IMG/VR virus record: IMGVR_UViG_3300048113_001121
Location: 134,835-198,834 of that record
Direction: 5' to 3' (one strand)
Length of the DNA: 64,000 bases
Source: a virus
Under the pieces are notes generated by a model that ran no database searches, had not been told where the DNA came from, and saw nothing but the letters and a program-made list of their open reading frames with translations. Of the stretch, positions 27,677-41,720 are shown piece after piece. Made by a program: the position numbers and the translations under genes. The number at the start of each line of letters is the position of its first letter. Within the stretch, counting starts at the first letter, position 1.

Positions 27677-28732
27677 ATGAAAGAAAAAATTATCAATATA
27701 CTATCGGGAGGTTCAGGTGAGGTTGAAGACTTTATCAACCGTTATCTCAATGGAGATAAGGATAGTTTTTTTGATTTGTTAGAAAGGTTTGGGTTACTTC
27801 AAAACTCCGACACATACGAAAGTGTTATTGAAATGTTTCCAATGACTTATCTAAGAAAGAGTTATATTGATGACCGTAAAAAAACTATCGATAACATTGT
27901 TTCCACTTATAGTGATATAACTAAGAAAGGTGATAAATATTTTTTAACTCTTGGTGAAAGGTCAGACTTAAGTATTTTTTTTAAATCAGATGACGGTAAT
28001 CGTGAAATGTCATCATCGGAAATGGTTAAAAATATTTTAGGTGAAGATGATTGGTTCGAACCATTTAGCGATGTTACTCAAAATTTGTATACCGATGTTA
28101 TTGAAGAGTTAAATGAAAAAAATAAATTCTTACTTGCCAAATCAATATCTGAAGAATTATCAGGAACTCAAATTTCACCCGAAACTGAGTTATTAGAAAA
28201 TATGGCTAAAGACCAAGGTCACCCCGATTATGTTGATGTTAAAGACCCTATGTTAGTAATGGATATTTTAGAAGAAGATGAAACATCTACTAAAGTTTTA
28301 TTAGATGAAGCTTCTGAAGTTTCAAGTAATTTATATTCACTTCACCATAACTCATATAATACAGCATATACCGATGAAAAGTATAATGAAATAATGAGTG
28401 AAGTTAGAAGTTTATTGGAGATAGATAATAGTGGTGATTGGGAATCTAAGACCATAAAGAATAGTAAAGGTGAGGAGAAAACTATATATAACTACATCAT
28501 TGAAGTTACCAAATTCATACCTTTTTTATTTAGTTCAATTTTTAATGATGACTATCAATTAGATGATTATAGAAATGCATTTGACTATTATGGTGACTTT
28601 GAAGACCTCACTAAAGAAATGATTACTGAGGAAGTAATTGAAGGTGCATCAATGAGTAGAAGTTATTATGATTATGCCGACCATACTTTAGTTAAAAAGT
28701 ATTTAAATGATATGATTATTGATTACGTTTAA
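27677..28732 (+). CDS. acidic hypothetical protein
   Basis: 351-aa ORF; TATTTAT at 27654-27660. Confidence 0.65.
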   Translation: MKEKIINILSGGSGEVEDFINRYLNGDKDSFFDLLERFGLLQNSDTYESVIEMFPMTYLRKSYIDDRKKTIDNIVSTYSDITKKGDKYFLTLGERSDLSIFFKSDDGNREMSSSEMVKNILGEDDWFEPFSDVTQNLYTDVIEELNEKNKFLLAKSISEELSGTQISPETELLENMAKDQGHPDYVDVKDPMLVMDILEEDETSTKVLLDEASEVSSNLYSLHHNSYNTAYTDEKYNEIMSEVRSLLEIDNSGDWESKTIKNSKGEEKTIYNYIIEVTKFIPFLFSSIFNDDYQLDDYRNAFDYYGDFEDLTKEMITEEVIEGASMSRSYYDYADHTLVKKYLNDMIIDYV

Positions 28733-31700
28733 ACTTTCCCTCTAACTCAGTTAGTTCACCATCTTTATCCTTTAAGATTAATTCTTGTTCCTTAATTGCT
28801 TCAAATAATACTGAGATTAATTGTTCATAACTAACTTTATAACCTCTTTCTTCTGAACCACCAATTAATTCAGGTAAAACTTCTTTTACCTCTTGAGCAA
28901 TAACTCCAATATCTTTTCTACCACCATCAAGTAAAACGGTACCATCGAGATTTTCTTCTTTCCATATAAATTCAACACCACGTAGATTTAAAACTTTCTG
29001 TAAAGGTGTATCAATTTTTTTAATATTTTCCTTTAATCTTTTATCGGAAAAAGAACCCGCCGGACCTTGGGCTCCTGCCGGTCCTTGAGTTCCTTGAATA
29101 CCTTGTGAGCCTTGACTTGAAGTTCGTCCTTTTAAACCTTTTTCTCCGGTTCTACCTTTAATCCCTTTAAGTCCTTTTGGTCCTTTTTGTCCTGCTGGCC
29201 CTGTTGGTCCGCCAGAACCTGTAGGTCCTTTTGGACCTTGCGGACCTTGTGGTCCATCTTTACCAAGTACACCTTTTGGACCTTTAGGTCCTTTATAACC
29301 TTTATGTCCTTTTAGGCCTTTTGGTCCTTTAGCTCCTTTAGGACCTTTAGGTCCTTTAAGACCTTTTTCAGTACTTGCCGGTCCTTGTGGTCCTGTATCA
29401 CCTACGTCTCCTGACCCTTGAGATAATCTTGGTCCTTTTAAACCTTGGGGTCCTTGCGGTCCTCTAGGACCTTTGTAACCTTTTGGACCTTTAAATCCTT
29501 TTTCCCCTGTATTCCCCTTATGACCTTTAGGTCCTTTGGGTCCTTGTCCACCTTTGAACCCTTTAGGTCCTTTTGGTCCTTGACTACCTACATTTCCTCT
29601 TGGTCCCTTTTCTGAACTTGCCGGACCTTCTTTACCTGTCGGACCTGTCGCCCCTCCAGAGGCTTTGGGTCCTTGTGGACCTGTAGGCCCTTGCGGTCCT
29701 CGTGGTCCTTGGGGTCCTCGTGGTCCTGGCTCATTACCATCAGCACCTACAGCCCCTTTAGGTCCTTGTGGACCTTGTCCAGGTTGATAACCTGTAGGTC
29801 CTTGTGGACCTTGTCCACCTCTCGGACCTTTAATACCTTTATTACCTTTATCCGTACTTGCCGGACCTTGTGGTCCTGTAGGTCCATTAAGACCTTGACT
29901 AGCTTTAGGTCCTTGTGGTCCTTGTGAACCCTGAGGCCCTCTTGGACCCTTATTACCTTCTGGTCCCCTAACAGAACTTGCCGGTCCTTGTGGACCTTGT
30001 TGACCCGTTGCCGCTCTCGGCCCTTTGTAACCCTTAATACCTTTATCTGATGTTTGTGATTTAAGACCACCTTTTAAACCTTTATTACCTTTATCAGTAC
30101 TTGATGGACCTGTCGGTCCTTGTGGACCTGTATCACCACCAGAACCTTGTGTTGCCTTAGGCCCTTGTGGTCCTAAATCACCTTTAATACCTTTATTACC
30201 TTGTGGACCTCTATCTGTACTTGCCGGACCTTGTGGTCCTGTAGGTCCATTAGTACCTTGACTAGCTTTAGAACCTTGTGGTCCTTGCGAGCCTTGGCTT
30301 TGTCGTGGACCTATAGCTCCTTTTGGTCCTGCAGTATTACCTGCCGGTCCTTTGGGTCCTGTTGGTCCTTGAATACCTGTACCTGACGCACTACCTTGGG
30401 GACCTCGGTTACCATCATTACCTTGTGGTCCTTTTGGTCCTATTGGACCTCTATCAGTACTTGCAGGTCCTTTTGGTCCTGTAGGACCTGTTGCCCCATT
30501 AGATGCTTTAGGTCCTTGTGACCCTTGTGTACCTCTCCCTGTCTGTAAACCTTTTGGTCCTTTATAACCTTTTAAACCTTTATCTGTTGAAGATGGTCCC
30601 TTATCACCTTGTGTGGTATTTTTAGTACCTTTTGGTCCTGTAGGACCGGTGGGGCCATTTGGTCCTTTAGTACCTTTATAACCTTTTTGCCCTTTAATAC
30701 CTTTATCAGTACTTGATGGACCTGTCGGTCCTTGTCCACCGGTAGTTCCCTTTGGTCCTGTCGGACCTTGAGGTCCTTGTCCACCTTGATTACCTCTAGG
30801 ACCTTTTGGTCCTTGTGTTCCTTTATCAGTATTAGTTGGACCTGTTGGTCCTTGTGGACCTTTAAGTCCTTTATCGGCATTATTAGGTCCTGTTGGTCCG
30901 TTGGGTCCTGTTGGTCCCGTTATACTATTTCCAATAGTTCCTCTCGGTCCATCTGTACCTTTCGGTCCTTTGATACCTTTGATACCTTTATTACCTTTAT
31001 TTGTGGACGTACCACTCGGACCTTTTTCAGCTGTTGGACCTGTTGGTCCTTGTGTTCCTCTCGCCCCTTTAGGTGAAGTACCAATTGTACCTCTCGGTCC
31101 TTGAAAACCTTTAGGTCCCTTATCACCTGTAGGTCCTTGTAGTCCTTTATCTGTATTTGTTGGTCCAATATCTCCACCAACGGCAACATCACCTATAAGT
31201 CCCTTTTCATTATTACCTTGAGGTCCCTGAGGCCCTTGTGGTCCTCTTAACCCTTTAGTACCTTCTGGTCCTTTTAAACCTTTGTCAGAACTTGCAGGTC
31301 CAATTGGTCCTTGTGGACCTGTAGGTCCTTGTGACCCTGAACTAGTTGATGATTGTGGTCCGATTAATCCTTTAATACCTTTGATACCAATTAATCCCTT
31401 TAACCCTTTCGTACCTTTATCAGTACTTGCCGGTCCTTGAGGTCCGTTATCTCCACCAGAACCTGTAGGTCCTTTTAGTGAATCACCCTGCAACCCTCTA
31501 TCTCCATCAAATCCTTTTGGTCCTGTCGGTCCTTGTGGACCTATTGGTCCTTTAACGGCTGCTGGTCCACCTGGACCTGTTGGACCTTGTGGTCCGATAA
31601 ATCCTTTTTCACCTTGTGTACCTATTACACCTCTACCTTGTTTAGGTCCTTTAATACCCTTGATACCTTTAATACCCTTGATACCTTTATCACCTTTGTC

Positions 31701-32687
31701 TGTAGATTGTGGACCTCTTGGTCCTAAATCACCATCAGGTCCTTGTACACCTACAATACCATCAGGACCTTGCGGACCTTGTGGTCCTGTAAGACCTTTT
31801 ATACCTTTGTTACCAATAGGTCCTTTATCAGCGGTAGGTCCTGTTGGTCCTTGTGGTCCATTATCCCCATCTGTCGACCTAACACCTTTATCACCTTGTG
31901 GACCTTGATTTCCAAGAATACCTTTTTGTCCCTTTACACCTTTTATACCTTTTGGTCCTTTTTGACCTTTATCTGATGATGTCGGCCCTTTTAAACCTGT
32001 TGGCCCTTGAGGTGAATCACCACCTATACTACCTTTTGGTCCTTGTTCAGGTTTTAGACCCTTATTTCCTTTAACACCTTTAAGACCTGTCGGACCTTTA
32101 GTTCCTTTATCTGAAGATGTTAACCCTTTTAGACCTGTTGGTCCTTTAAGACCTTTTGTTGAGTCTGACGGCTTTAACCCTTTTAACCCTTTAGGTCCAA
32201 CAATACCTTTCTCACCTTGTGGTCCTCGGTTACCTTTATCCCCTTTGACTGAAAGCTCACCTTTGATTCCTTTTTCTCCGTCAGAACCAATACCACCTTT
32301 GATACCGAAGTCACCTTTATCACCTGTAGGTCCAACGATTCCCTGAATACCTTTATTACCTTTTAAACCTTTATCACCGTCAACACCTTGTAGTCCTTTG
32401 AGACCTTTTTGACCTTTAAGACCTTCTGTCTGCCCAACCCAATGACCTCCAGAGTCAACTACCATCATACTACCAACATAAAGTTCACTATTAATAACAT
32501 TAACCTCACCTGGTAATGATAATGGAGTAGCACTATCAGATATTTTAAAAATATTTGTAGAAGACTTAAATACTAAATCACCTGTAGTATCTATTTCAAT
32601 AGTATAATCAACACCTGTACCACTAAAAATTATATGTGGATTGGTGTTTAATGTACTTCCCGTAGGATATATTATAATATTAGCCAT
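28716..32687 (-). CDS. giant collagen-like fibre protein C with C-terminal peptidase S74 chaperone
   Basis: ~85-aa N-domain, ~1,120 aa Gly-X-Y, then [33 protein letters not shown]. Confidence 0.92.
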   Translation of the reverse strand: MANIIIYPTGSTLNTNPHIIFSGTGVDYTIEIDTTGDLVFKSSTNIFKISDSATPLSLPGEVNVINSELYVGSMMVVDSGGHWVGQTEGLKGQKGLKGLQGVDGDKGLKGNKGIQGIVGPTGDKGDFGIKGGIGSDGEKGIKGELSVKGDKGNRGPQGEKGIVGPKGLKGLKPSDSTKGLKGPTGLKGLTSSDKGTKGPTGLKGVKGNKGLKPEQGPKGSIGGDSPQGPTGLKGPTSSDKGQKGPKGIKGVKGQKGILGNQGPQGDKGVRSTDGDNGPQGPTGPTADKGPIGNKGIKGLTGPQGPQGPDGIVGVQGPDGDLGPRGPQSTDKGDKGIKGIKGIKGIKGPKQGRGVIGTQGEKGFIGPQGPTGPGGPAAVKGPIGPQGPTGPKGFDGDRGLQGDSLKGPTGSGGDNGPQGPASTDKGTKGLKGLIGIKGIKGLIGPQSSTSSGSQGPTGPQGPIGPASSDKGLKGPEGTKGLRGPQGPQGPQGNNEKGLIGDVAVGGDIGPTNTDKGLQGPTGDKGPKGFQGPRGTIGTSPKGARGTQGPTGPTAEKGPSGTSTNKGNKGIKGIKGPKGTDGPRGTIGNSITGPTGPNGPTGPNNADKGLKGPQGPTGPTNTDKGTQGPKGPRGNQGGQGPQGPTGPKGTTGGQGPTGPSSTDKGIKGQKGYKGTKGPNGPTGPTGPKGTKNTTQGDKGPSSTDKGLKGYKGPKGLQTGRGTQGSQGPKASNGATGPTGPKGPASTDRGPIGPKGPQGNDGNRGPQGSASGTGIQGPTGPKGPAGNTAGPKGAIGPRQSQGSQGPQGSKASQGTNGPTGPQGPASTDRGPQGNKGIKGDLGPQGPKATQGSGGDTGPQGPTGPSSTDKGNKGLKGGLKSQTSDKGIKGYKGPRAATGQQGPQGPASSVRGPEGNKGPRGPQGSQGPQGPKASQGLNGPTGPQGPASTDKGNKGIKGPRGGQGPQGPTGYQPGQGPQGPKGAVGADGNEPGPRGPQGPRGPQGPTGPQGPKASGGATGPTGKEGPASSEKGPRGNVGSQGPKGPKGFKGGQGPKGPKGHKGNTGEKGFKGPKGYKGPRGPQGPQGLKGPRLSQGSGDVGDTGPQGPASTEKGLKGPKGPKGAKGPKGLKGHKGYKGPKGPKGVLGKDGPQGPQGPKGPTGSGGPTGPAGQKGPKGLKGIKGRTGEKGLKGRTSSQGSQGIQGTQGPAGAQGPAGSFSDKRLKENIKKIDTPLQKVLNLRGVEFIWKEENLDGTVLLDGGRKDIGVIAQEVKEVLPELIGGSEERGYKVSYEQLISVLFEAIKEQELILKDKDGELTELEGKFKRNQ

Positions 32688-35600
32688 TAATCTATTTGTG
32701 TTCTTAACCAGTTTATTTGTTCCTCTATGTCTTCAATAAATACTTGTTGACTTTTAATCGCTTCAATAATTAATGCATTTAATTTATAATACTTAATAGC
32801 TAAATAACCATCATCCCTTCTATAAACTACTTCAGGATATAATAAGTTTATTTCTTGTGCTATCATACCAATTGAATGTAATTTTTGTCTTTCCTTTAAG
32901 AAGTCATATCCTGTATAATTTTCATTCCAATCATATTCCGTAACATTAATTTTTAGTAACTTATTCAAAGAGTCACTTAATGTTTTAGTACCATGTTTAA
33001 GTCTACTATCAGAAGCCCTACAATCGGCACAAGCATATATTTCACAAGCATTTACTACTGATTTAGGTGGTGGTGTAATTACCCATGAAAATAAAACTCC
33101 ACCTAAGTTGACCGCGTCCCATATAGTTATAAAATCTGTAGATAGATTTCTCATACATGGTAATCCCTCAAATTCTCTACAATCTTTACAATCTGGGTCA
33201 GTATAGAGGATATCACCCTGAGCTAATGGTTGTATATCACCTTTATATACAGTCAAATTTACCTTATCTCCACATGGGCTACTTCTACCATTACAATACG
33301 CACAATCTTCACCTGCTCTTACCGCAATGTCATGAGCGAAACAAAACGCACCACCTGTGGGTCCTTTTATACCTTTATTACCTTTTAAACCTTTTGGTCC
33401 TGTTGGTCCAGATAACGCTGCTGGTCCATCTGACCCTTGTGGGCCTCTTGGTCCTTGTGGACCTTGAAGACCTTGTGGACCACTACCACCTTGTCGACCT
33501 TTATACCCTTTAGGTCCTTTATAACCTTTATAACCTTTTGGTCCTGTTGGTCCTTGTGGTCCGGGATTTCCAGCGATACCTGTTTGACCCTTATCTGTAG
33601 AAGCATTACCTCTCGGACCTTGTGGTCCTCTTGGTCCTGTTTTAGATGATTGTGACCCTTTCGACCCTTGAGGTCCTCTTGGGCCCTTGTAACCTTTAAT
33701 TCCTTTATGTCCTTTTAAACCTTTTGGTCCTAATGGTCCTATTGGTCCTGTCGGTCCTTGAGATGTGCTTTGGGTACCTATTAGTCCTCTACCACCTTGT
33801 GGACCTCTACCACCTTGTGGACCTTTTGGTCCTTTTGGTCCTTTAGTTGTATTAGTTGTTCCTTGTGGACCACGAGTACCTTTATCACTATTTGCTGGCC
33901 CTGTAGGTCCTAACTGACCCTTTAAACCTTTCTCACCTGTAATACCTTTTAGTCCTTTGAAAGCGGCTGGACCTCCAATACCTACAGCACCTTTTGGTCC
34001 TTTTGAAGTACTTTGAGGACCTGTCGGTCCTTGTGGACCTTTTGGTCCTTTTAGTCCTGTTGGACCTGTATCACCATTTTGAGCGGTCGGTCCATTTGGC
34101 CCTCTTTCTCCTTTATAACCTTTAACTGAACTACCAGTTCCTTGTGGTCCTAAAGGTCCTTTATACCCTTTATGTCCTTTTAACCCTTTTAACCCTTTGA
34201 ATGCTGCGGGTCCACCTGCACCTGTTGGACCTGTTGGACCACTTTGTGTTCCTTGATTTCCTGTCGGTCCTTTAGGTCCTATTAAACCTTTTGTACCTTT
34301 TAATCCTTTGAATGCTGTCGGTCCTGTCTGTCCTTGAGGACCTCGTGGTCCTTTATCACCAGCAACACCTGTTGTCGCTCCTTGTGGTCCTAAAGGTCCC
34401 TTATATCCTTTAGGTCCTTTAGTCCCTTTTTTACCTTTAATACCTTTAAATGCTGCCGGACCTGTTGGACCTTGTGGTCCTCCATCGGCAGTTGATGGTC
34501 CTTGTGGTCCCTTAGGTCCTTTATACCCTTTATGTCCTTTTAACCCTTTTAACCCTTTGAATGCTGTCGGTCCATTATCCCCTGTTGGACCTTGAGGTCC
34601 ACCATCTCCTGTCGCTGAACCTATTGGACCTTTTGGTCCATAAGCCCCTTTAATACCTTTTTGACCTTTAAGTCCTTTATAGGCTGTTGGTCCATTATCT
34701 CCTCCAGGTCCTGTAGGTCCTTGAGATGTACTTTGTGTTCCTTTCGGCCCTTTAGGTCCTTTAGGTCCTTTATAACCTTTTATTCCTTTTAGTCCTTTAA
34801 ATGCTGCCGGACCTGTTGGACCTTGTGGTCCTTGTTCTCCACCAGTACCTGTTGTTGTTCCTCTTCCACCCTGTGGTCCTCTTGGTCCCTTAATACCTAT
34901 TAATCCTTTACTACCTTTTACTCCATCAGTTGCTCTTAATCCTTTGAGACCTTTTTGACCCTTAAGACCTTTAACTGTTGAAGTAGTACCTCTACTACCA
35001 TCTGGACCTTTATAACCTTTTTGACCTTTTATACCTTTATCACCATCAGTGGCTCTAAAACCTTTTTGACCTTTAATTCCTTTGTCACCTGCAGATACAC
35101 TTATTAAACCTTTATCACCAGTAACACCTTTTAACCCTTTTAAACCTTTAGGTCCTTTATTACCTTGTGGTCCTTTATAACCTTTTTGACCTTTGATACC
35201 TTTATAACCCTTTTGCCCTTTGATACTTTCAGGACCTTGTGGGCCCGCATCACCTTGACTGGCTTTAAGTCCTTTATTTCCTTGAGGCCCTATTAAACCT
35301 TTTAACCCTTTAAAACCTTTATTACCTTTTAATCCTTTAAGTCCTTTATTACCTTGGTCCGCCACTGGTCCCGTTGGTCCTTGTGGTCCTCCATCACCTT
35401 GACTCGCGATTAAACCTTTAGGTCCTTTAGGTCCCTTAACACCTTTCTTACCTTTTAATCCTTTATAACCTTTATTACCTTTATCTCCCTGTGGTCCTCT
35501 TTGACCCTTTTCCCCTGTAGGTCCTAACTCATTACCTTGGCTTGTTGGCCCTTGAGGTCCTTTTGTCCCATCAATACCCTTTTTACCTTTTAACCCTTTT

Positions 35601-38600
35601 AATCCTTTAAGTCCTTTAAGACCTTTATCCGCTCCCTCACCATCTTGTGAAACTGGACCTTGAGCTCCTTGGTCAGCAATTGCTCCTTGTGGTCCTTGTG
35701 GACCAAGTAATCCTTTTCGACCTTTTAAACCTTTGAGACCTTTATCACCTTTATTACCGGTCAGACCTTTATCGGATTGAGGACCTGTTGGTCCCGTATC
35801 TCCTTGGCTAGCTATTAGACCTTTGACACCTTTAATACCTTTAAGACCTTTATTACCTCTTCTACCTTTAATACCTTTTTCACCTTTATCGGTAGAAGTT
35901 TCACCTCTACCACCTGTAGGTCCTTGGTCACCATCAGGACCTATTTGACCTTTGGGTGAAACACCTATGGAACCATCAGGTCCTTTAATACCTTTTGGTC
36001 CAACAACTCCAACTTCACCTTTTGGACCTTTTAAATCACCAACAGGTCCATCAACACCGATAGGTCCCTTTTCACCTACCACACCTTTTGTTCCACTATC
36101 GGTATCAGGTCCTTTAGCCCCTTTTAAACCTTTTAATCCTTTTAATCCTTTTAATCCTTTAGTTCCTTTATCGTCACCAGCGATTCCTTTATTACCTTCG
36201 TCACCAGTTTCACCTTGTTGTCTTAGAAAAGACGTTAAAGCGTTTGTAACAACGGATTCCGTAAAATTACTAACAGTAGGGTCAACATCAAATCCAAAAT
36301 GTTTTAGTCCTGAACCATTTTTAAAACTACTTTCTAAATTTGTATAACAAGTTTCAGACGTTAAACCTGAATATACATTTGTTCTTGTTAATGCACTTAA
36401 ATTTAAGTTTTCAGGACCAACTGAAGTTATGTTATCACCATATCTGTTTAAAAACTCATTACTAGTGATGGTACTACCCTCAATTGCTGCTACTGCATGT
36501 TGAACAAACGCATAAGTTGAAGTACCTCTAAGTGGGTTTACAACTGGATAAACTAAACCTTGAGCATTACCCCCTCTATTGGATATAATATCTTCATATA
36601 CTTGAACATAAGAACAGTAATCGTGTAAATACCTATTCGTATATTCATCACCCGCATTATTATTCCAATAATTACCATTTAATTCAAATGGTTTATTATA
36701 CAAATCACTCTTAGTTGGATTACTATTAGTCCCACCTACCTGTCCATGATATAAACCAACAAGACCATCTGACTCATCAGCAACAATAATTACCAAATAG
36801 TTAGTATTATCACCACCAAATGAACCTTGTCCCGATGTTTCCGTATTATTTAAATCACTATGGTCAAAAGGTACACCCTGAGATATTGTTTCAGCGGCAC
36901 CTGTATCTAAATTAACACCTCTGTTAATTCTTCTATATATCGTTTCACCATCATTAAATTGTGAGTTTCTTGGTACACAATTACCACCTGAGTTAGACTT
37001 ACAATAATCAGATTGATAAGTTGCATTAGGTACAGCACTATTAAATTCATTAATTTGTGTGTTATCAGATAAGGTACCTCCGGATAGTGAACCAAGATAT
37101 GGGTAAGATGCCCACCATAACCAGTTTTCACCATTATGAGAATTTTTACCAATTACCCCCTCGTATAGTTTATTAATATCACCATCACCATTTACCGTTT
37201 GGAACCAATCTCTAACACTCTGCGAAGCTTCTTTAGCTTTATCACTTGGCATTGATGTCGCGTCATAGAAAACATAAACATCTACATTTGCAGTAATCCC
37301 AATTGGTCCTTGAGGTCCTTTTACACCTACCTCACCTTTTGGACCAATTGGTCCTTTATTAGTACCTGTGGGTCCTTGGTTACCTTTACTCGCCGATAAT
37401 CCTGTAGGACCTTTCAGTGAGTCACCAATTAATCCCTTTATACCTTTATTACCTTTGAAACCTTTAAACCCTTGTGGTCCTACTGGACCTTTTAAAGATG
37501 TCGGACCTATTGGTCCTGTATTACCCTGAGGACCTATTTGACCTTTGACACCTGTTGGCCCTATAGGTCCTTGGTTAGCCTTTTCTCCTTTGATACCTTT
37601 TAACCCCTTAGTACCTTGGTCACCCTGTGGACCTTGTTCAGTAGAAGTTATACCTTTTAAACCTTTTTTACCTTTTAAACCTTTTTCTCCATCAACCGCT
37701 CTACTACCCTTAAGACCTGTAGGTCCATTTGGACCTTGTGTACCAGTCGGTCCAATCATATTCATAGGGTAACCCTTCCACTTACCTAAGTCATCAATTA
37801 GTTCGTTACTATTCTCTTTCTTTACTGAAACAGACGGCATAAACTTTATATTATCTAACTCTAAGTTTGAAGTAATTTTAAAATCATTACCTAAGTGGGT
37901 GTTGAAATTTAATTCACCACTATTATAGTCAATATTAATCATAGTACTATTAGTACCTGAAAAACTGATTGTCCCACCCGTTGGATTTATTTTAATGTCT
38001 CTACCCATTTAAAATTTTTGATTTTAATATGTTAATTCTATCTGTTATATTTTCAATACGTGTGTTTTGTTCTTGTATAGAACCTATACCAATCGCAACT
38101 AATTTACCGTACTCAAGTTTTAGATAACCACTCTCACTATTAAATACAACTTCAGGTATAACTTTTTCAATATCTTGAGCGATAAATCCAAAATCTTCAC
38201 CATAATTATTTTCAAATTTAGTTGACCCACCTTTCCATGTAAACTTTACACCGTCAATTAATTTTAACTTACTTAGATTACCTTTTAAAGATTTAATATT
38301 ATTTTTTAATCTTTTATCTGATGCTGGACCTTGTAGTCCCTGTGGTCCTTGTAAACCTCTTGGTCCTTTTGGACCTTTAGGTCCTTGTCCACCAGTTGGC
38401 CCTGTCGCACCACCACTACCAGCCGGTCCTTGTGGTCCTGTCGGTCCCTGTGGTCCACTTGTTCCTTGTCCTCCTCTTGGTCCCGTACTACCAATTGGCC
38501 CTCTTAGTCCTTTTACCCCCTTTACTGTTGATGTTGGTCCTTTTGGTCCTATCGGACCTTTATCCGTACTTGCCGGACCTTGTGGTCCTGTTGGACCTGT

Positions 38601-41600
38601 TGGTCCAAGGTCATTACCAATTGGCCCTGTTGGTCCTTTTACTGTTGAAGTATTACCTTGCGGACCTATTGGTCCTTGACTACCTTGTTTTTCAATAGGG
38701 CCTTTTAGTCCTTTAAGACCCTTTAACCCTTTTTCAGTACCTGCTGGTCCTTGTGGTCCCGTTGGTCCATTTGAACCTCCACCACCTGTTGGCCCTGTTG
38801 GACCACCTGACCCATTTGACCCACCTGGACCTGTTGGTCCATTTGAACCTCTTGGTCCTTTATAACCTTTTATACCTTTATCTGTAGATTGTAGACCTCT
38901 TGGTCCTTGTGAGCCTTGTGGTCCTCTATTTCCTTTAGGTCCTTTACTACCTTGTAGACCTTTAAGACCTTTATCTGTACCTATAAAACCTTTTTGACCT
39001 TTATCTGTAGATTGAGAACCTTGTGGTCCCTTAATACCTTTACGTCCCTTTGGCCCTTTTCGCCCTTTTAATCCTTTAACACCCTGTAGACCCCTTTCTG
39101 AACTTGACGGTCCTATTGGTCCTTTTACTGTTGAATCATTTCCTCTTGACCCTTGAGGTCCTTGATTACCTCTATTACCCTTCGGCCCTTTTGGCCCTTT
39201 AAGTCCCTTTAAACCTTTTTCAGTACTTGGCTGTCCTTTTAATCCTTTTACTGTTGAATCATTTCCTCTTGGTCCTTGCGGTCCTCGTATACCTTTATCA
39301 CCTTTTATTCCTGAATCACCAACTGCACCTTTTTGACCTTTAGTATTATTAGTTGGACCTTTTGGTCCTTGTGTAGTTGAAGCTGAACCTCTTGGTCCTT
39401 GCGGTCCTTGCGACCCCTGATTTCCTCGATTACCTTTAACTCCTTTTAAACCTTTTGGACCTTTAGTTGTATTATCTATCCCTTTAAACCCTTTAACCGT
39501 TGAATTGGCTCCTCTAACACCTTGTGGTCCTTGGTTACCTCTATTACCCTTTGGCCCTTTTAAACCTTTTAGTCCTTTTAGCCCTTTTTCAGAATTATTT
39601 GGTCCTTTCGCCCCTTTTACTATTGATGTCGCACCTTGTGCCCCTCTATTACCAACAGAACCTCTTGGCCCTTTAGGTCCTTTATAACCTTTCTGTCCTT
39701 TAATACCTTTAGTAGTACTGGTTATACCTTTATACCCCTTTACGGTTGATGTTGCTCCTTGTGGTCCTCTTGGACCTTGACTACCTCTATTACCTTTAAC
39801 TCCTTTTAAACCCTTTAACCCTTTATGACCTTTAGTGTCATTGGTTGGACCTTGTGGACCCGTTGGTCCTGCAGCGGCTTGGTCCCCCTGTGGTCCCTGT
39901 GGACCTTTTTGACCTTTATCAGTAGATTGTTTTCCTTGTTGTCCTCTATTACCAACCGGACCTCTATCGGTACTTGCCGGTCCTGTTGGTCCTTGTGCGG
40001 CTTGACTCCCTCTACTTCCTTGTGGACCTTTTTGACCCTTATCAGTAGATTGTGAACCTCTATCGCCTTGAGGACCCTTAAGTCCTTTTTCCTCAGACTG
40101 TGGACCTCTATTACCTTTGTCGGATGATACACCAATATTACCTCTGTTACCTGTTGGCCCTTGCGGTCCTTTACCTCCTCTTACACCATCACTTCCTTGT
40201 GGTCCACGTCCACCAGTTAAACCCTTTAAACCTTTTTGTCCTTTTATACCTTTATCAGTTGAAGTTGGACCTTGTGGTCCTTGGTCACCCTGTGGTCCCT
40301 GTTCCCCTACAGTTCCTGTACTTGATTGTGGACCTTGTAACCCAATAGGTCCTTTAGGTCCTTCAATACCCTTTAAACCTTTAGGTCCCTTAAGACCCTT
40401 ATCGGTTGAAGTAGCACCTCGATTACCTTTATCACCTATAGACGCCTGATTACCTGTTGGACCTTGTGGACCTTGTGAATTTTTAGGTCCTTTTAAACCT
40501 TTATTACCCTTAAGACCTTTAAGTCCTTTGAATGGTGTTGGTCCAACTACACCCTTTATACCTTTGTCACCTGTCGAGGCTATACTACCTTGATTACCAA
40601 TCGCACCTTGAGGTCCTTGTGGTCCTCTATTACCTTTTAGACCTTTAATACCTTTTAGACCTTTCTGACCTTTATCATCACCTTTAGGTCCTGTTGGTCC
40701 AGTAGGTCCTTGTGATGCTTGTGTACCGATACCTCCTTGAGTACCTCTATTAGGTTTTAAACCTTTTAAACCCTTTACACCTTTTAACCCTTTTTGACCC
40801 TTAATACCCTTATCTGTTGAAGTGATTCCTTGTAATCCTTGTGGTCCTTGTGGTCCTTGTGTAGTTGTACTGGCTTGTGGTCCTTTAATACCTTTCGGAC
40901 CTTTTGTTCCTTGAAGACCTTTAAGTCCCTTGTCCCCTTTATAACCTATTGGTCCTTGAGCCCCCGTTGGACCTTGTTGACCATTATCACCACTTACAGC
41001 AATAAGTCCTTTATGTCCCTTCACACCCTTAAGACCTTTCACACCCTTAAGACCTTTAACACCTATCAGCCCTTTTATACCTTTTTCTCCTGTTGGACCT
41101 TTAGGTCCTATGGGTCCTTGTGAACCAACACTTGCTATTGGTCCTTGTAATCCCTGAGTACCTTGAATACCTTTCGGACCTTTTGTTCCTTGAAGACCTT
41201 TAAGTCCTTTAAGTCCTTTATCCGCAGATGAACCCGATTGTGAAACTGGTCCTTGTGGTCCTAAAGAACCTTTTTTACCTTTTTCACCTTCAATACCTTT
41301 GACACCTTTAGGTCCTTGTGGTCCTTTTAAACCCTTATTACCTTTATCACCAACAATACCTTTATCTGAATTTGAACCTTGTAAACCTACAGGTCCTTGA
41401 CTGGCTTTATCTCCAATAGCACCTTTAATACCCTCTTCACCCTGAACTCCACGATTACCTTTTTCACCTTTCGGACCCACTTCAGTGGATGTTGGACCTT
41501 GTGGTCCTTTTAAACCTTTATCACCATCATTTTGGAACGCCCAACTAGTACCTATAGTACCAAATCTACCTTTGAGACCTTTTAACCCTTTTCTACCTTT

Positions 41601-41720
41601 ATCACCTTGTGGTCCATCAACACTTGTACCTCTATTAGCTGTTGGCCCTACAGGTCCCTGTACACCTTTTAAACCTTTATCACCGTCAACACCATGATTA
41701 CCTTTTAGTCCTTGAGTACT
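29050..41720. repeat. Gly-X-Y codon repeat region (GGT/GGA-CCT-rich)
   Basis: continuous 9-nt periodic repeats (ggtcct/ggacct/ccttt on + strand) across three genes, interrupted by the globular domains. Confidence 0.9.
32687..38008 (-). CDS. giant collagen-like fibre protein B with vWA-like insertion, Cys-rich domain and S74 chaperone
   Basis: Gly-X-Y split by a ~350-aa globular insert (VYVFYDATS...LVIIVADES); Cys-rich segment; [23 protein letters not shown]. Confidence 0.9.
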   Translation of the reverse strand: MGRDIKINPTGGTISFSGTNSTMINIDYNSGELNFNTHLGNDFKITSNLELDNIKFMPSVSVKKENSNELIDDLGKWKGYPMNMIGPTGTQGPNGPTGLKGSRAVDGEKGLKGKKGLKGITSTEQGPQGDQGTKGLKGIKGEKANQGPIGPTGVKGQIGPQGNTGPIGPTSLKGPVGPQGFKGFKGNKGIKGLIGDSLKGPTGLSASKGNQGPTGTNKGPIGPKGEVGVKGPQGPIGITANVDVYVFYDATSMPSDKAKEASQSVRDWFQTVNGDGDINKLYEGVIGKNSHNGENWLWWASYPYLGSLSGGTLSDNTQINEFNSAVPNATYQSDYCKSNSGGNCVPRNSQFNDGETIYRRINRGVNLDTGAAETISQGVPFDHSDLNNTETSGQGSFGGDNTNYLVIIVADESDGLVGLYHGQVGGTNSNPTKSDLYNKPFELNGNYWNNNAGDEYTNRYLHDYCSYVQVYEDIISNRGGNAQGLVYPVVNPLRGTSTYAFVQHAVAAIEGSTITSNEFLNRYGDNITSVGPENLNLSALTRTNVYSGLTSETCYTNLESSFKNGSGLKHFGFDVDPTVSNFTESVVTNALTSFLRQQGETGDEGNKGIAGDDKGTKGLKGLKGLKGLKGAKGPDTDSGTKGVVGEKGPIGVDGPVGDLKGPKGEVGVVGPKGIKGPDGSIGVSPKGQIGPDGDQGPTGGRGETSTDKGEKGIKGRRGNKGLKGIKGVKGLIASQGDTGPTGPQSDKGLTGNKGDKGLKGLKGRKGLLGPQGPQGAIADQGAQGPVSQDGEGADKGLKGLKGLKGLKGKKGIDGTKGPQGPTSQGNELGPTGEKGQRGPQGDKGNKGYKGLKGKKGVKGPKGPKGLIASQGDGGPQGPTGPVADQGNKGLKGLKGNKGFKGLKGLIGPQGNKGLKASQGDAGPQGPESIKGQKGYKGIKGQKGYKGPQGNKGPKGLKGLKGVTGDKGLISVSAGDKGIKGQKGFRATDGDKGIKGQKGYKGPDGSRGTTSTVKGLKGQKGLKGLRATDGVKGSKGLIGIKGPRGPQGGRGTTTGTGGEQGPQGPTGPAAFKGLKGIKGYKGPKGPKGPKGTQSTSQGPTGPGGDNGPTAYKGLKGQKGIKGAYGPKGPIGSATGDGGPQGPTGDNGPTAFKGLKGLKGHKGYKGPKGPQGPSTADGGPQGPTGPAAFKGIKGKKGTKGPKGYKGPLGPQGATTGVAGDKGPRGPQGQTGPTAFKGLKGTKGLIGPKGPTGNQGTQSGPTGPTGAGGPAAFKGLKGLKGHKGYKGPLGPQGTGSSVKGYKGERGPNGPTAQNGDTGPTGLKGPKGPQGPTGPQSTSKGPKGAVGIGGPAAFKGLKGITGEKGLKGQLGPTGPANSDKGTRGPQGTTNTTKGPKGPKGPQGGRGPQGGRGLIGTQSTSQGPTGPIGPLGPKGLKGHKGIKGYKGPRGPQGSKGSQSSKTGPRGPQGPRGNASTDKGQTGIAGNPGPQGPTGPKGYKGYKGPKGYKGRQGGSGPQGLQGPQGPRGPQGSDGPAALSGPTGPKGLKGNKGIKGPTGGAFCFAHDIAVRAGEDCAYCNGRSSPCGDKVNLTVYKGDIQPLAQGDILYTDPDCKDCREFEGLPCMRNLSTDFITIWDAVNLGGVLFSWVITPPPKSVVNACEIYACADCRASDSRLKHGTKTLSDSLNKLLKINVTEYDWNENYTGYDFLKERQKLHSIGMIAQEINLLYPEVVYRRDDGYLAIKYYKLNALIIEAIKSQQVFIEDIEEQINWLRTQID

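Noticed and set aside
29673-41697. Many short ORFs antisense or out of frame within the collagen genes (e.g. 30901-31104, 31660-31908, 35952-36347, 40117-40449)
   Set aside because: Shadows of Gly-Pro codon repeats: GGT-CCT is nearly self-complementary, so Gly-Pro also reads on the opposite strand
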